In this document: piece after piece, positions 28,544 to 38,740 of the stretch
Position numbering within the stretch: the stretch's first letter is position 1
How the letters are laid out: each line of letters begins with the position of its first letter
Origin: a virus
Lineage: Duplodnaviria > Caudoviricetes
Virus record (IMG/VR): IMGVR_UViG_3300010376_000040
Span: 1-54,597 of that record
Reading direction: 5' to 3' (one strand)
Length of the DNA: 54,597 bases
Made by a program: the position numbers and the translations under genes
The notes under the pieces: model-generated
What the model was told of the DNA's origin: nothing
The model's database searches: none
Seen by the model: only the letters and a program-made list of their open reading frames with translations

Positions 28544-28885
28544 TTAATGGATTGGTCCAAATGGAGCCTTGCCAACCCTTCTATTCCTAATTGACTGATC
28601 CTGCTCTAATATTAGCATAATCTCGTCTTTCATAGCCTCAGGAATATCATCCTTTGTCAACATAATGGTCAGCGTAGCCCTAGCAAAATCCAAGCATGAA
28701 CCCCAATTCTTATCAATGAATGCCTTCTCAAGCTGCTTTGCATTCTTGCCTGGGTTCTGCTTCTTCCAAGCTTTAAACATTATATCATTGCTCATTATGC
28801 TCTCATAAAGCTCTCCAGCAGCAGCCTTCGCAACCTCCATAACCTTCGCATGACACACTCGTTGTCCTGTTCTACTCTCGTTCAT
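28544..28885 (-). CDS. Hypothetical protein
   Basis: 113-aa ORF, ATGA-coupled to the upstream gene. Confidence 0.65.
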   Translation of the reverse strand: MNESRTGQRVCHAKVMEVAKAAAGELYESIMSNDIMFKAWKKQNPGKNAKQLEKAFIDKNWGSCLDFARATLTIMLTKDDIPEAMKDEIMLILEQDQSIRNRRVGKAPFGPIH

Positions 28886-30213
28886 GGCACCAGTCCTCCA
28901 CCCGGTTTGATTGGCCTATCCTGAGGCCAAACAGTCTGCATCTCAAATGGAATATTAGGCCCCCAATTTGCCTTATCATCAAAACCGTAATCCCTAAAAT
29001 CAGGTATCATCCAAGGACGCTCGTTCCATATCCCTGCTGCATTCTGTGCCTGAACAATTCTGGCCTCTGCTTCTCCAGCCAACTTCAAATAATGCTCATA
29101 AGCATCCCTTCCTTCTTTCTCATAAATGCCCTTCAATTCCAGCGTATCTTTATAATCATTTATCAACTCAGGAGGCAAATTATTAACCGCCTCTAAATGC
29201 TCAGGCGTCATCCCAAATGTATTAGGCTTATCATAGTAACCAAATCCATGAACCTGTTGCACATGATAAGGTTCCGACCCCATTACCTTAATAGTATTCC
29301 TCAAATCATCTTCCATCTCATATATATCTTTCAGCTCCGTATGATAGGTTGGACTCAAGAATTCATCAGGATTGCCACCCCTTGCAAAATTCTCTCTAGC
29401 CTGCACTGCATGCTGCAACTCATGCAATAATGTACTCTTCAATTGCTCAGGAGTTCTCTTTGCCAAACTCAATTCATTCTTTATCAAATCATAACTCCCA
29501 TTCTGATTTCCAATCTCATTGAAGTATTGTGGTCTCACCCTAATATCAGCCAAGTCAGGATATGCCTTAAACAACTCTGGATGATCTATCATATCTCCAA
29601 CTGTCTGAGGAGGATTATTCCAACCTAACCTCTTTGGCCCATACCAGTCCTTACTATTATCTCCACTCGAAGGCATAATATCCATATTCCCTAGCTTCAA
29701 TTTGGCCCCTTCATCACTTATAGTAAACCTCCAACCACCATCAGCTCCTTGAAACCATCCAGTATTATCAAATATCTCATCTCTACCAGCCCCACCCATC
29801 TGCATAGTCATAGCATCAGCCAATGTCTTACTTCCACTAATCGGCGTATTCAAATCTTCTGGAAAAAGCCTTGCAGTCTTCGCAAGCGACCCACCAAATA
29901 TCCCTGCACTCGTCTCCGGTACAAGCGCAGAACCAACTCCCATTCCATACCCAGCCAACCTCGCAGCATAACCTGCTGGGTCAATACTATTATCGTAGCC
30001 CGGATAAGGAGTCTTACTTCCTTCCAAAATCTGACCTGGCGTACTCACTAAATCCCAGGCATCACCTGCCAGCCCCTTCGCCCCTCTCCAAAGTAAATTA
30101 ACAAATCCCCTTCCCAAAACCTGGCTTCCTAATACCGAGGCCGCTTGTGGATTGCTTGGATCAGGCTCCACAAACATTCCAGGGCTAAGCAAATTATCAG
30201 GGCTTCCACTCAC
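28882..30213 (-). CDS. LPD23-like domain plus zincin (HExxH) metallopeptidase-like protein
   Basis: TGWFQGADGGWRF.ISD, HPELFKAYP.L, TLLHELQHAVQ..E.FARGG, Y..LAGE.EAR.VQ. Confidence 0.75.
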   Translation of the reverse strand: MSGSPDNLLSPGMFVEPDPSNPQAASVLGSQVLGRGFVNLLWRGAKGLAGDAWDLVSTPGQILEGSKTPYPGYDNSIDPAGYAARLAGYGMGVGSALVPETSAGIFGGSLAKTARLFPEDLNTPISGSKTLADAMTMQMGGAGRDEIFDNTGWFQGADGGWRFTISDEGAKLKLGNMDIMPSSGDNSKDWYGPKRLGWNNPPQTVGDMIDHPELFKAYPDLADIRVRPQYFNEIGNQNGSYDLIKNELSLAKRTPEQLKSTLLHELQHAVQARENFARGGNPDEFLSPTYHTELKDIYEMEDDLRNTIKVMGSEPYHVQQVHGFGYYDKPNTFGMTPEHLEAVNNLPPELINDYKDTLELKGIYEKEGRDAYEHYLKLAGEAEARIVQAQNAAGIWNERPWMIPDFRDYGFDDKANWGPNIPFEMQTVWPQDRPIKPGGGLVP

Positions 30214-31694
30214 ATCAACACCTCATAAGGACTTATCGGCAAACTTCCACTCCCACCAGTCCCTCTACTAATCCTCTCTACCTGCTCTGGCAGCCTCGCA
30301 TTTACCGGCTGCATTCTAATAGGTGACAAAGGAGACTCCATTAACCTATTAGGTTGTAAACTTGTCCCCACACCTCCAATTCCCAATGAAGGATTATAAT
30401 TAACTGGAGGTGGCGTTCCTGCCTCCGCCACCTTAAACGGATCATAATCTACAGGAGTAAACTTCACCCCTTTCATTATATTCCCCAGTACACTCAATAT
30501 CAGCGCCCTTCTCAAGAACGCTTGATCCCCTGCAGGCCCCGTTGGATCAGCCATTGGCGGTGGTGGCACTGGCAGCGGCCCAACCGGGCTCGCAGGACCT
30601 GCTTGCGCTCCTACATTGACAGGAGGCAGACTTACTCCAGTACCTCCACCAGCCCCACCTGATTTAGCTCCCGTTCCAATCCTGGGAGTTACTTGCGCTA
30701 CTACATTCTCAGGTGTATCTCCAATCTGCCCTTTAAAATGATTGTAGGTATCATTCCAAAACTTCACATACTCCGATGCTGGTGCATTAACAAACTTCTG
30801 CCCTCCATTGCCAGCAATACTCCTCTCAGCCAAATTTGAACCCACTCCCACACTCATCAAGGCTTCCTTCGCTGTCATATTAGGATTATTAATCAATGCA
30901 GCCGCACCTGCCACCCCTTGATTATGAGCCAAATATATCTCATAATTGCTTGGAGTCCTTCCAAGTCTATCAGCAAGTTGTTGCTGCCTCCGTGCAAGTA
31001 ATGCTGTCCCCAAATTCACTTGAGTTGCACGATCATACCTGTTTGCCTCTGTACCTCCCATACTTGCCCACTCATTATCCCCCAACTGAAATACCCCCTT
31101 ATATTGACTTCCAGGTCTATCCTTATCTTGCCCAAAATTACTTTCAATCCTTGCAGTCGTCAATGCTAACTCCGGATCAACTCCATAATACATAGAATGG
31201 TTATAAATATCTGGATGTGGTCCTGTATAAGGAACATAAGGGGCCACTGGAGGAGCCAATACATTCTGCCCTGTGCCTGTAGGCGGAGCTAAAGCATTCT
31301 TATTAGGGTCTGGTGCTGGTTGCCCTTCTCCTTGCACCTGCGGCACACTTGTTCCACTTGGATTTCTTGCTTGCCATGCAGCCACAGTCGCATTATAACG
31401 CTGAAGCTGTTCCGGTGTCATCTGCCTAGAACCAGGTGAATAGAAATCCGAGGAGTTAGGAAAAGGGTCTGACACAGCCGCACTTGCAGAAGCCTGCCCT
31501 GCATCCTGTGATACTGATGGTGGTGTAAAGGTCCAACCTATTGGATTAAGCGGGTTATAACTTCCCCTATAAATGCTTCCATACCCTCTATCAGTAGTCG
31601 GATCAAAGGCCAGGTCTGGACTCACACCCAAATTTGCCGGGTCAAACTCGTATTGATACCCACCAGGCACCAATTCATTCCCACCTCCAGCCAT
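30210..31694 (-). CDS. Virion protein with lytic transglycosylase (SLT-like) domain
   Basis: GVDP......A.IESN, YKGVFQ, YLAHNQG..GA, flanked by low-complexity P/G/A regions. Confidence 0.75.
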   Translation of the reverse strand: MAGGGNELVPGGYQYEFDPANLGVSPDLAFDPTTDRGYGSIYRGSYNPLNPIGWTFTPPSVSQDAGQASASAAVSDPFPNSSDFYSPGSRQMTPEQLQRYNATVAAWQARNPSGTSVPQVQGEGQPAPDPNKNALAPPTGTGQNVLAPPVAPYVPYTGPHPDIYNHSMYYGVDPELALTTARIESNFGQDKDRPGSQYKGVFQLGDNEWASMGGTEANRYDRATQVNLGTALLARRQQQLADRLGRTPSNYEIYLAHNQGVAGAAALINNPNMTAKEALMSVGVGSNLAERSIAGNGGQKFVNAPASEYVKFWNDTYNHFKGQIGDTPENVVAQVTPRIGTGAKSGGAGGGTGVSLPPVNVGAQAGPASPVGPLPVPPPPMADPTGPAGDQAFLRRALILSVLGNIMKGVKFTPVDYDPFKVAEAGTPPPVNYNPSLGIGGVGTSLQPNRLMESPLSPIRMQPVNARLPEQVERISRGTGGSGSLPISPYEVLM

Positions 31695-31703
31695 CTTGCC
31701 CTC

Positions 31704-33998
31704 CTATGACCCTGCTCTTGCTGCCCCTGGAGGCGTTCTCTCCTGAGCCAGTGGCCCAATCCTTAGATACCTTGTCCTTCTAGTCGGATCAAGGATATAC
31801 CACTCTCCATCCGACGCTTGCCTCGCTCCTTCCATTGGAGGTGTGCCCGCACCAGGAGTTGTCTCTGCAATCATGCTTTGCCCACTTTGGTCTTGCCCTA
31901 TATTCGCCTTCAAAATCGGCATCAAATTAGTCTCGAGGGCATCACTCACCAACTGTTCAATAATAGGCCGCATGCTCTCAGGATCACTTGCAGTCACAAT
32001 CTGGCTCAACGCCTTAATCCTATCCGTCTCCGCCTCATACACATCAATATCCCGCATCTGGTCCTTACCCTCAAGCTTAATTGCATCCTTCCCATGCTGT
32101 TCCAGGGCCTTTGCCAAATTCTGTTGCAAAGCTTGTACTTGCTGCATCAATTGTTGCTCATTTTGACTCGGACCCTGCCCCATAGCTTGTGGCGGCACCA
32201 TCCTCCTAAGCCGCATTGCAGCTTCTTGAGCATCATCAAAATCCATATTACGAAGCAGGATATCTCCAATAATAGCAGTGAGAGCAGGAGCCTCGGTAAG
32301 TATCTGAGTAAGGTCCTCCACCGCTTCTTGTCTCTTCGACTCGATATTGGGACCAATACTTGCCGCGACCTCATACGTACCCATTGTAGGATTGAGGACT
32401 CTGCGTATAATTCTATTCTCTCTATCCAGCTGTTGCATATACGGCTGCTGTGCTCCTGGGTCAAGTTCAATCTCCATCTCCACACCATCATCAGCCATAA
32501 TATGCTTTACTCGTCTCGTATCATAAACCTTCGGAATAAGATCAATGATTTGCTGATATGTATAAACCAGTGCATCTTCATAGTTATCCGTGAAATGATA
32601 AGTTGCACTCTCTCCTTCCTGCAGCCTCTCCTTAATCGCGCTCCCCGTCCTCTCATTCCCCATCTGCCCTTGTTGATTAGCCCATTGCCCACTTGTCATC
32701 ATCATCTGCTTGAATGCCGTATCCATCCCTGTCTCAAAGGCTGGAGAGGCACTTGGCGGCTCAATCTTTTGTGGAGGGGGAATAACCGCCTCAGCGTTAT
32801 CATCGTCAACATGCTTCCAGACAAGCACACTATGGTTTTCAGTGTTCGCCGTGTTCCAAAGCCCCTCTAATCCTTCAATAGCTGCAGCAGCTGCTAACCA
32901 AGGGCTCTTCGTCTGCAAAGCCCCGAATTCAACACTCGCACTCGCATTATAATTAAACATTCTTTGGGCATCCGTGAGTGCTCGCGTATGCCCCTTCCTG
33001 TCAAGAATGCCCTCAATAACACTTTCCTCTCCCAGGACCCGAATGAGTGGGATATACTTCCCTGGCCAGATCGTCTCATCAACAATCTCATCTCCCACCA
33101 CAAGCTTCCATTCAATCTGCTGGTCCACCACATTCCGCACCAATGTCCTCTCATCCTCCTTCAGCTGACTTGCAATCTCATCAGGTATCCTACTCTTCCT
33201 AACCGTCACCCTTTCTTGCATAGGAGTCATAAATGAAATGAGCTGATCTTGCACTGGCACCTTACGAAAATATTCAGCCACTAACCAATGATCTTTCTCA
33301 ATAAAGAAGCTCTCCCCCGGTGCAATGCCAATAGGCATCCTTGGAGCCCCTAATTGCCAAGGATAATCAGGCACGAGGGCCTCAATCAATTCACGAGGCA
33401 TAAAAGAGAAAATAAAAGCGTACCTAGCATCCGAACAATCTGCCTCTTGGCAGTCAGGGTCCATAAAGACACTCAGTGGGTCTGGCACTCCTTTGATATA
33501 GATTTCCTGATCAAAACTATCATTGGACTCGTAATCCGTAACAATTCTCCACCACCCAATACCACCCTTGACCTGGAAGCCTCTAGCCGGCGTATACGCA
33601 TTCCTTTGAGCCTTCGAGTTATACTCAATATGTCTAATAAGCTGCTTAACAATCTCCGCAGACTCCTGTGTAGCTCCATTCCCCATCCCCAATATCTTAC
33701 AGCTCTCCTTACTCTTCCTCATATCATTAATAATCTTCAAATTATGCTGCCTCACCACATTCAACGTCAAGCAAGGCTTATCACTCAAATCTCTCATTCG
33801 CCTTATCGAATCCGGCCATTGATACCCATTATATGCATCTGCCTCCGCAAACTTCAAATCCTCTAAGAACTTCCTTCTATAAGTAGCCTCCCATTCAGAG
33901 CAAGCGCGGAACCTATCCCGCATCTCCTCCATAATATCCATGCTACCTAAACTTCGTAGCGCTGCAACCGTCTGATCAGGCGACCCCTGCCCACGCAT
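31704..33998 (-). CDS. Portal protein, P22-like
   Basis: DLKF, QW, PCLT.N, GG.GWWRI.TDY, WPGKYIP, DAQRM.NY..S, SG.AI..R..EG; 764 aa. Confidence 0.92.
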   Translation of the reverse strand: MRGQGSPDQTVAALRSLGSMDIMEEMRDRFRACSEWEATYRRKFLEDLKFAEADAYNGYQWPDSIRRMRDLSDKPCLTLNVVRQHNLKIINDMRKSKESCKILGMGNGATQESAEIVKQLIRHIEYNSKAQRNAYTPARGFQVKGGIGWWRIVTDYESNDSFDQEIYIKGVPDPLSVFMDPDCQEADCSDARYAFIFSFMPRELIEALVPDYPWQLGAPRMPIGIAPGESFFIEKDHWLVAEYFRKVPVQDQLISFMTPMQERVTVRKSRIPDEIASQLKEDERTLVRNVVDQQIEWKLVVGDEIVDETIWPGKYIPLIRVLGEESVIEGILDRKGHTRALTDAQRMFNYNASASVEFGALQTKSPWLAAAAAIEGLEGLWNTANTENHSVLVWKHVDDDNAEAVIPPPQKIEPPSASPAFETGMDTAFKQMMMTSGQWANQQGQMGNERTGSAIKERLQEGESATYHFTDNYEDALVYTYQQIIDLIPKVYDTRRVKHIMADDGVEMEIELDPGAQQPYMQQLDRENRIIRRVLNPTMGTYEVAASIGPNIESKRQEAVEDLTQILTEAPALTAIIGDILLRNMDFDDAQEAAMRLRRMVPPQAMGQGPSQNEQQLMQQVQALQQNLAKALEQHGKDAIKLEGKDQMRDIDVYEAETDRIKALSQIVTASDPESMRPIIEQLVSDALETNLMPILKANIGQDQSGQSMIAETTPGAGTPPMEGARQASDGEWYILDPTRRTRYLRIGPLAQERTPPGAARAGS

Positions 33999-34031
33999 TT
34001 CTTAAGCCTCCAAGCTTCTTAGAAAAGCTTC

Positions 34032-35327
34032 TTAGAGCGTACTCCTTGAAACATACGAATACCATTGGTTCGAGCCTGTATGTACAACCAATCCATCAGC
34101 AAATGACCAAGGTGTGCTTCCATCTGCCGGCTGCGTATTTGCCCCCGCTCTAAACCTACTATTCCCATCAATCTGTCCACCACCACCAGGTAATATATCC
34201 ATAGTAGCCGTGTTATCGTTCGGCCCTTGGTTTTCAAACAGCCTAAACCAAATGGTAAATCCATTAGCAGGGCTTGTTGGCAATTGCACTGTCACCGCAT
34301 AATTATTATTTGCAGTCACATCAACAATCGGTTGCCAGACCAAATAAAAATCATTACTCCCCAAGGTAACAACAGTCCCACTAGGACTAGGCGATGGCAC
34401 CGCAGGACTTCCTACACTTCCTCCAATAACCGAAGCATCATTAAAGAACCTCGTTCCAAATTGATTTGGCCCTCCTCCGCCTCCACCTCCACCTATCGTA
34501 ATACCGTTAATAGTACCTGCAACCGTCAAATTCCCGCCAACAGTCTCATTACCAGTTATATTAGCCCCACCTGTTACATCCAAATTCCCGTGAACAGTCG
34601 TATCATTAAAATTAGATGAAGCTCCATTACCCGTCTGTACACTCACCCCTCCATTTTCAACAAACAATCCATTAGTCGCGGTGAATAATACTTCCCCCGC
34701 ATTCCCTCCAATATTAAGCGTATTAGAACTATCCAAGAAAATCATACACTCATGCGCTCCACTACCAGGAGCCTGCCAAGAGATACAAACATCATTAGGA
34801 AGATTAAGCCCATTAGTAAAAATAGGCGTACCTGCCCAACTCCCTCCTCCAGCGATAACAGCACCGCCATTAATAGTAGCTCCAGCAGTCACATTCAAAT
34901 CATGCAGATTTGTAGTTCCACCAACAATCAAATTACCACTAACCTGGTCATTCCCTATAGTCCCCGTATTCCCATTAAAAGTAGTAGTACCATTAAAATT
35001 CGAGTTCCCATTAACCGTCACCGCTCCATTAACAGTTAGCGGTCCATTAATAACCCCATTAAAACCAGCAATCGTAACCGTATCCCACTGAATATTCCCA
35101 AACTGATCTGTTACAACCTGCCTATACTCTCCCTCACCCCAAATAACAGCTCTACCCGCTTGATCTAGCACAACCGGGTTGGTATTCATTACACTCCCAG
35201 TTGGTTCAACCCAAGTGGTCTTCGGTGTACTTGTCCCCGGCGCATAGAAATAAACAAACCCACTCGCAAGCGGGTCTCCATTCATATCCAGAAATTGCTG
35301 CCGCCCTTGTTGAACCAGATCAGCCAT
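34032..35327 (-). CDS. Tail fibre/spike with N-terminal head-binding-like domain
   Basis: QFLD.NG.PL.SG.VYFY..GT.TPK.T...NTNPVVLD.AGRA; TVNG/VGGNLTV beta repeats. Confidence 0.75.
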   Translation of the reverse strand: MADLVQQGRQQFLDMNGDPLASGFVYFYAPGTSTPKTTWVEPTGSVMNTNPVVLDQAGRAVIWGEGEYRQVVTDQFGNIQWDTVTIAGFNGVINGPLTVNGAVTVNGNSNFNGTTTFNGNTGTIGNDQVSGNLIVGGTTNLHDLNVTAGATINGGAVIAGGGSWAGTPIFTNGLNLPNDVCISWQAPGSGAHECMIFLDSSNTLNIGGNAGEVLFTATNGLFVENGGVSVQTGNGASSNFNDTTVHGNLDVTGGANITGNETVGGNLTVAGTINGITIGGGGGGGGPNQFGTRFFNDASVIGGSVGSPAVPSPSPSGTVVTLGSNDFYLVWQPIVDVTANNNYAVTVQLPTSPANGFTIWFRLFENQGPNDNTATMDILPGGGGQIDGNSRFRAGANTQPADGSTPWSFADGLVVHTGSNQWYSYVSRSTL

Positions 35328-35352
35328 ATTACTACCTCATCTAGCTCGTGCC

Positions 35353-36690
35353 TCACCTCATCCAGCTCGTGCCTCTTTCAATAGACTGCCTTCCTCCACC
35401 AGCCCATTCTTCCATTTCCTTCTGTTTATTCCCTTTCACTTGCTCTGCTAGTGCTGTCAACCTATCTAATACAGCGCTAGCAATATTGGGCTTCCTATCT
35501 CTAAACGCCACTGCGAGGTATCGAAACGCATCAGCAGCGTCGCTTGCCCAGTCATGAAGAGGTTCATTACTATATTGTCCATCGACGACCCGATACCTGT
35601 AGTGTCGTAGGGCCTGGATACCCTCCTCACACCTATCCTCATCGAAGTAGCAATTGGGGAAGATAAGTCTTGCTGCATTGATACCATCCGTCGGGCTCAG
35701 TTTGGGCACCCTCTCTGTCTTGAAACCATGACTCCTAACAATCTCTTGTATGCTTCTCTTTGTGCCAAGCTGTTTTGCGTAGGCATCATGTGGCAGCCAC
35801 AAAGTTCCATAAATATATTCCCTTCTCTGGAGGTACTTAATATAATGGATAATATCCTCCCCCGTCGCACTATAGAAATCAATGATCCTATATTGCATCG
35901 CCACCCTCTGCGCAAACCAGATTGCTGTGGCATCCGCTCTTCCCAAATCAAAGAAGCAATCGACAGGGGCATCCCGCACCCAGGGCACATTACATATCCG
36001 CCCTTCTTCCTGCGCCCTCCTAAGCTCCTTCGCATACACCGCCCCTTCAAGCACCTGTCGACAAAAGCCCTCCCAAATATTCAAATAGCTATCATAGTCC
36101 CTAGCTTTCTCAGCCTCCATCTCCCTCATCAGCACATCAGGAAAGAAGGGATTATCTCTCCAAGTAGTCTTGATTACAAGGCTATTTGCTTCATCTGCCT
36201 CTTTCACAAACCTCATATATGTATAATCAGTCTCAAGCTCTGGATTGAAGGTCATCCAAATTTCAGACTCTTCCTTTCTTATCGTTGGAATAAGTATTCC
36301 CCATGAGTTCCTACTAACCTTATGCGCCTCTTCCACCCAACATACATCAATACCCTCATATGACTTAATCTTAGTTATATTATTCTTAATGCCCTCAAAG
36401 GAAAAGGAAGAGCCATTCTTACCAAGGATACGAGCATTCTGCACCTCATAAAAGGTCTCTAATCCTAATCCAGCAATTTGGTCTGCAAGGAGTCTATGCA
36501 CAGAGTCACTTATAGAATTCTGAAGTTCTCTGGCACATAGCACTCGAAGCGGTTGCTGCGTCGCCTTAAGAAGTAGGGCTCTAGCACATGCCCAGGATCT
36601 CCCTCCACCTCGACCACCATACAGCACCTTATACCTTCGAGGTTGAAACAATATCTGAAAAGGCGCTGGGAAATCCGCATCTACTTGCAT
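35353..36690 (-). CDS. terL: Terminase large subunit (PBSX-like)
   Basis: YGGRGGGRS Walker A, CARE.QNSI.DSV, CWVEEA Walker B, TFNP, FDLG..DATAIW, ADAFRY. Confidence 0.95.
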   Translation of the reverse strand: MQVDADFPAPFQILFQPRRYKVLYGGRGGGRSWACARALLLKATQQPLRVLCARELQNSISDSVHRLLADQIAGLGLETFYEVQNARILGKNGSSFSFEGIKNNITKIKSYEGIDVCWVEEAHKVSRNSWGILIPTIRKEESEIWMTFNPELETDYTYMRFVKEADEANSLVIKTTWRDNPFFPDVLMREMEAEKARDYDSYLNIWEGFCRQVLEGAVYAKELRRAQEEGRICNVPWVRDAPVDCFFDLGRADATAIWFAQRVAMQYRIIDFYSATGEDIIHYIKYLQRREYIYGTLWLPHDAYAKQLGTKRSIQEIVRSHGFKTERVPKLSPTDGINAARLIFPNCYFDEDRCEEGIQALRHYRYRVVDGQYSNEPLHDWASDAADAFRYLAVAFRDRKPNIASAVLDRLTALAEQVKGNKQKEMEEWAGGGRQSIERGTSWMR

Positions 36691-37068
36691 GAAGCCCTCA
36701 CTTGGTTCGGTCTCCTAAACTCAGGAGTGGAGACTCCATTTCTCAGCGGGTGGGAAATATGGAGCCTTGGCCCCAGTATTTGCATTGCAAACTTCGGGCC
36801 ACCCTGACCAGCGCAGCACTGCACAACGCGGCGTTGCTTTTTTACATCTCTGGGCATCTCCAAGACTCGCTCCCTTTGATGCAGCGCGAGAGGTGCGTCG
36901 CTTCGTGTGGAGACTGTAGGCAGCATAACCACCTCGCACCTCGATTACCCTAATTTTCTCTCAAATATAGAAGTGTCAAGAAGTCTTGAACCATAACCAG
37001 CCTCATTCAGTCCGGTGATGTCACCGCACAATCGAGATACTCATTAGGGTAGTTCTCCCAAGCTGTCA

Positions 37069-37437
37069 TTATCTCCCCCATTTATTCATCCCGCCGCTCT
37101 TCCCCACCTCAGCTACCCCGCCGCCCAATGAGCTTTCGTTCCCCGGCACACTCACATTCCTATCCGGGCTTCCATTCCTCTGCTTCGGAGCAGGCGGCCT
37201 TGCAACCATCCCCATTCCAGCCCCGTACTGCCCTCCAATACAGACATCCGGTGCCTTCCCCCTATTAAACGTGTTCTCCGCGATCATTGGGGTCTCACAG
37301 GGTTTACACCCATCATACACCCATGTCCGTAGGGTCTCGGGATAAGTACCCTTCCTTACAAGGGCCGCTGTGTCATTCAGGCGGGATGGGTCTGGTCTCC
37401 CCCAGGACCCATTCGTGTAGCTCGGAGCATCAGCCAT
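37069..37437 (-). CDS. Hypothetical protein
   Basis: 122-aa ORF with AGGAG SD. Confidence 0.6.
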   Translation of the reverse strand: MADAPSYTNGSWGRPDPSRLNDTAALVRKGTYPETLRTWVYDGCKPCETPMIAENTFNRGKAPDVCIGGQYGAGMGMVARPPAPKQRNGSPDRNVSVPGNESSLGGGVAEVGKSGGMNKWGR

Positions 37438-37448
37438 TTCATCTCTCC

Positions 37449-38210
37449 TTAATGAGTAACCTTCGAGGTTGGCAGGGCAAGGAGCTTCACATGCTCCTCA
37501 TCCGCATTAGAATGCATGAGGTCTAGGCGGACCACCCGCTTGTCAATCCTTATATCATAATCGCAAACAGCCCGCATAACGAGGCCGTCACATTCATAGT
37601 GCCCGGCGAACTCCACACTTCTAGGCAGCTCGAGTCGGTAGCAAAACATATGCACCCTATTAGGGTTCTCTGCCAGCAGAAGGTCTAAGAACTTGTCTGA
37701 CAGGATCTTCGGCAAATCAGTGTTCCTCAGGTCCTCAAGCTGGAAATCAATATGGAAATGTCGCGCAGGGACCTGTACCATCTTATTCGGCTGCACCTCC
37801 ACGACACCTATCCCTGCATTACACAATCCCTCCCTAATCCGGCGTGCCACAATATCCAGCACACACATCATCATCTGTCTATTATGTCCCCTCTCTTGCA
37901 TCCCCTTCCAATTAGAAAGGGCAAGATTCCTCTGCGCCGCATCCCGTCTTGCAACCCGTGCAACAGCCTCTTGATCCGCAAAACGCCTTGCCTCCGCATC
38001 ATTCACGAGCCTATTAATCTTCGGGGGTATATGAGCTTCGTGCCAAGCCCTCTCTTCCTCCCCCAGGGTCCCTCTCTCGGCTTGCTCAGTCCTTGCTTGC
38101 TCTTCTTGGTCTTGTCTTTCTTGCTCGGCCTTGGCTTGCTCCTCAATGAACCCGCCGAATGAGAAAGGATCGTTCTTGTCCTCTTCATGCATTCCCATTT
38201 CATTCTCCAT
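37449..38210 (-). CDS. Hypothetical protein with charged coiled-coil N-terminus
   Basis: 253-aa ORF in operon orientation. Confidence 0.6.
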   Translation of the reverse strand: MENEMGMHEEDKNDPFSFGGFIEEQAKAEQERQDQEEQARTEQAERGTLGEEERAWHEAHIPPKINRLVNDAEARRFADQEAVARVARRDAAQRNLALSNWKGMQERGHNRQMMMCVLDIVARRIREGLCNAGIGVVEVQPNKMVQVPARHFHIDFQLEDLRNTDLPKILSDKFLDLLLAENPNRVHMFCYRLELPRSVEFAGHYECDGLVMRAVCDYDIRIDKRVVRLDLMHSNADEEHVKLLALPTSKVTH

Positions 38211-38703
38211 TTACGGCTTGTGAAGCATTCATCCAATTCCTAGGCCATGCACTCGCATGTGGCTTCCCAGGTCTCCAGTTCCTCAGATAAAATGCCCATC
38301 CTGCCTCCTCTGTGGTTGGAAGTGCCATTGGATCGCTATAGAGAAGGAGGCGAGCGAAGCAAGCAGCCAGCAAATCATGCCCCTCCAAGGCCCGCCACAC
38401 CGCCGCATTGTGCTTCACCACACTGAAGTGATCGCACGCCTTATGAGCCAAATCTTTCGTGGCCCTATGTGCCATCACCCCAGCCACACCCCCACCTTGT
38501 TCAAACTGCCACCATCCCCTCGCTGGCCCCGGTACATTTCCCGGAGACCCTTGATATCTGGCTTCCAGTCCTCTCCCACTCTCTTGCTGCGCAATCGCAA
38601 GCAACATAACCTTTGCAATCCCATTTACCTCAGGGCCGCCTAACCACGCAAGCACCTCGAGGCCTGGGTCAATAATTCTATCTAAGAATGCTCCTGGTGT
38701 CAT
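38200..38703 (-). CDS. Putative endolysin, lysozyme-like fold
   Basis: LLAIA.QES, GPARGWWQFE.GGG, D.LA..FARL, Y.R.WRPGKP. The upstream ORF-track extension overlaps the neighbouring gene. Confidence 0.65.
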   Translation of the reverse strand: MTPGAFLDRIIDPGLEVLAWLGGPEVNGIAKVMLLAIAQQESGRGLEARYQGSPGNVPGPARGWWQFEQGGGVAGVMAHRATKDLAHKACDHFSVVKHNAAVWRALEGHDLLAACFARLLLYSDPMALPTTEEAGWAFYLRNWRPGKPHASAWPRNWMNASQAVNGE

Positions 38704-38713
38704 GTCACCCACC

Positions 38714-38731
38714 CACCTTTTGATGGTCAAA
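38714..38731 (-). repeat. 18-bp junction motif, copy 3
   Basis: Between the 38741 stop and ATG 38703. Confidence 0.9.
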
Positions 38732-38740
38732 AAAACCCTA

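Noticed and set aside
31818-32870. 350-aa plus-strand ORF and many other antisense ORFs in the track
   Set aside because: They are shadows of well-supported genes on the opposite strand, with no SD or recognisable motifs.
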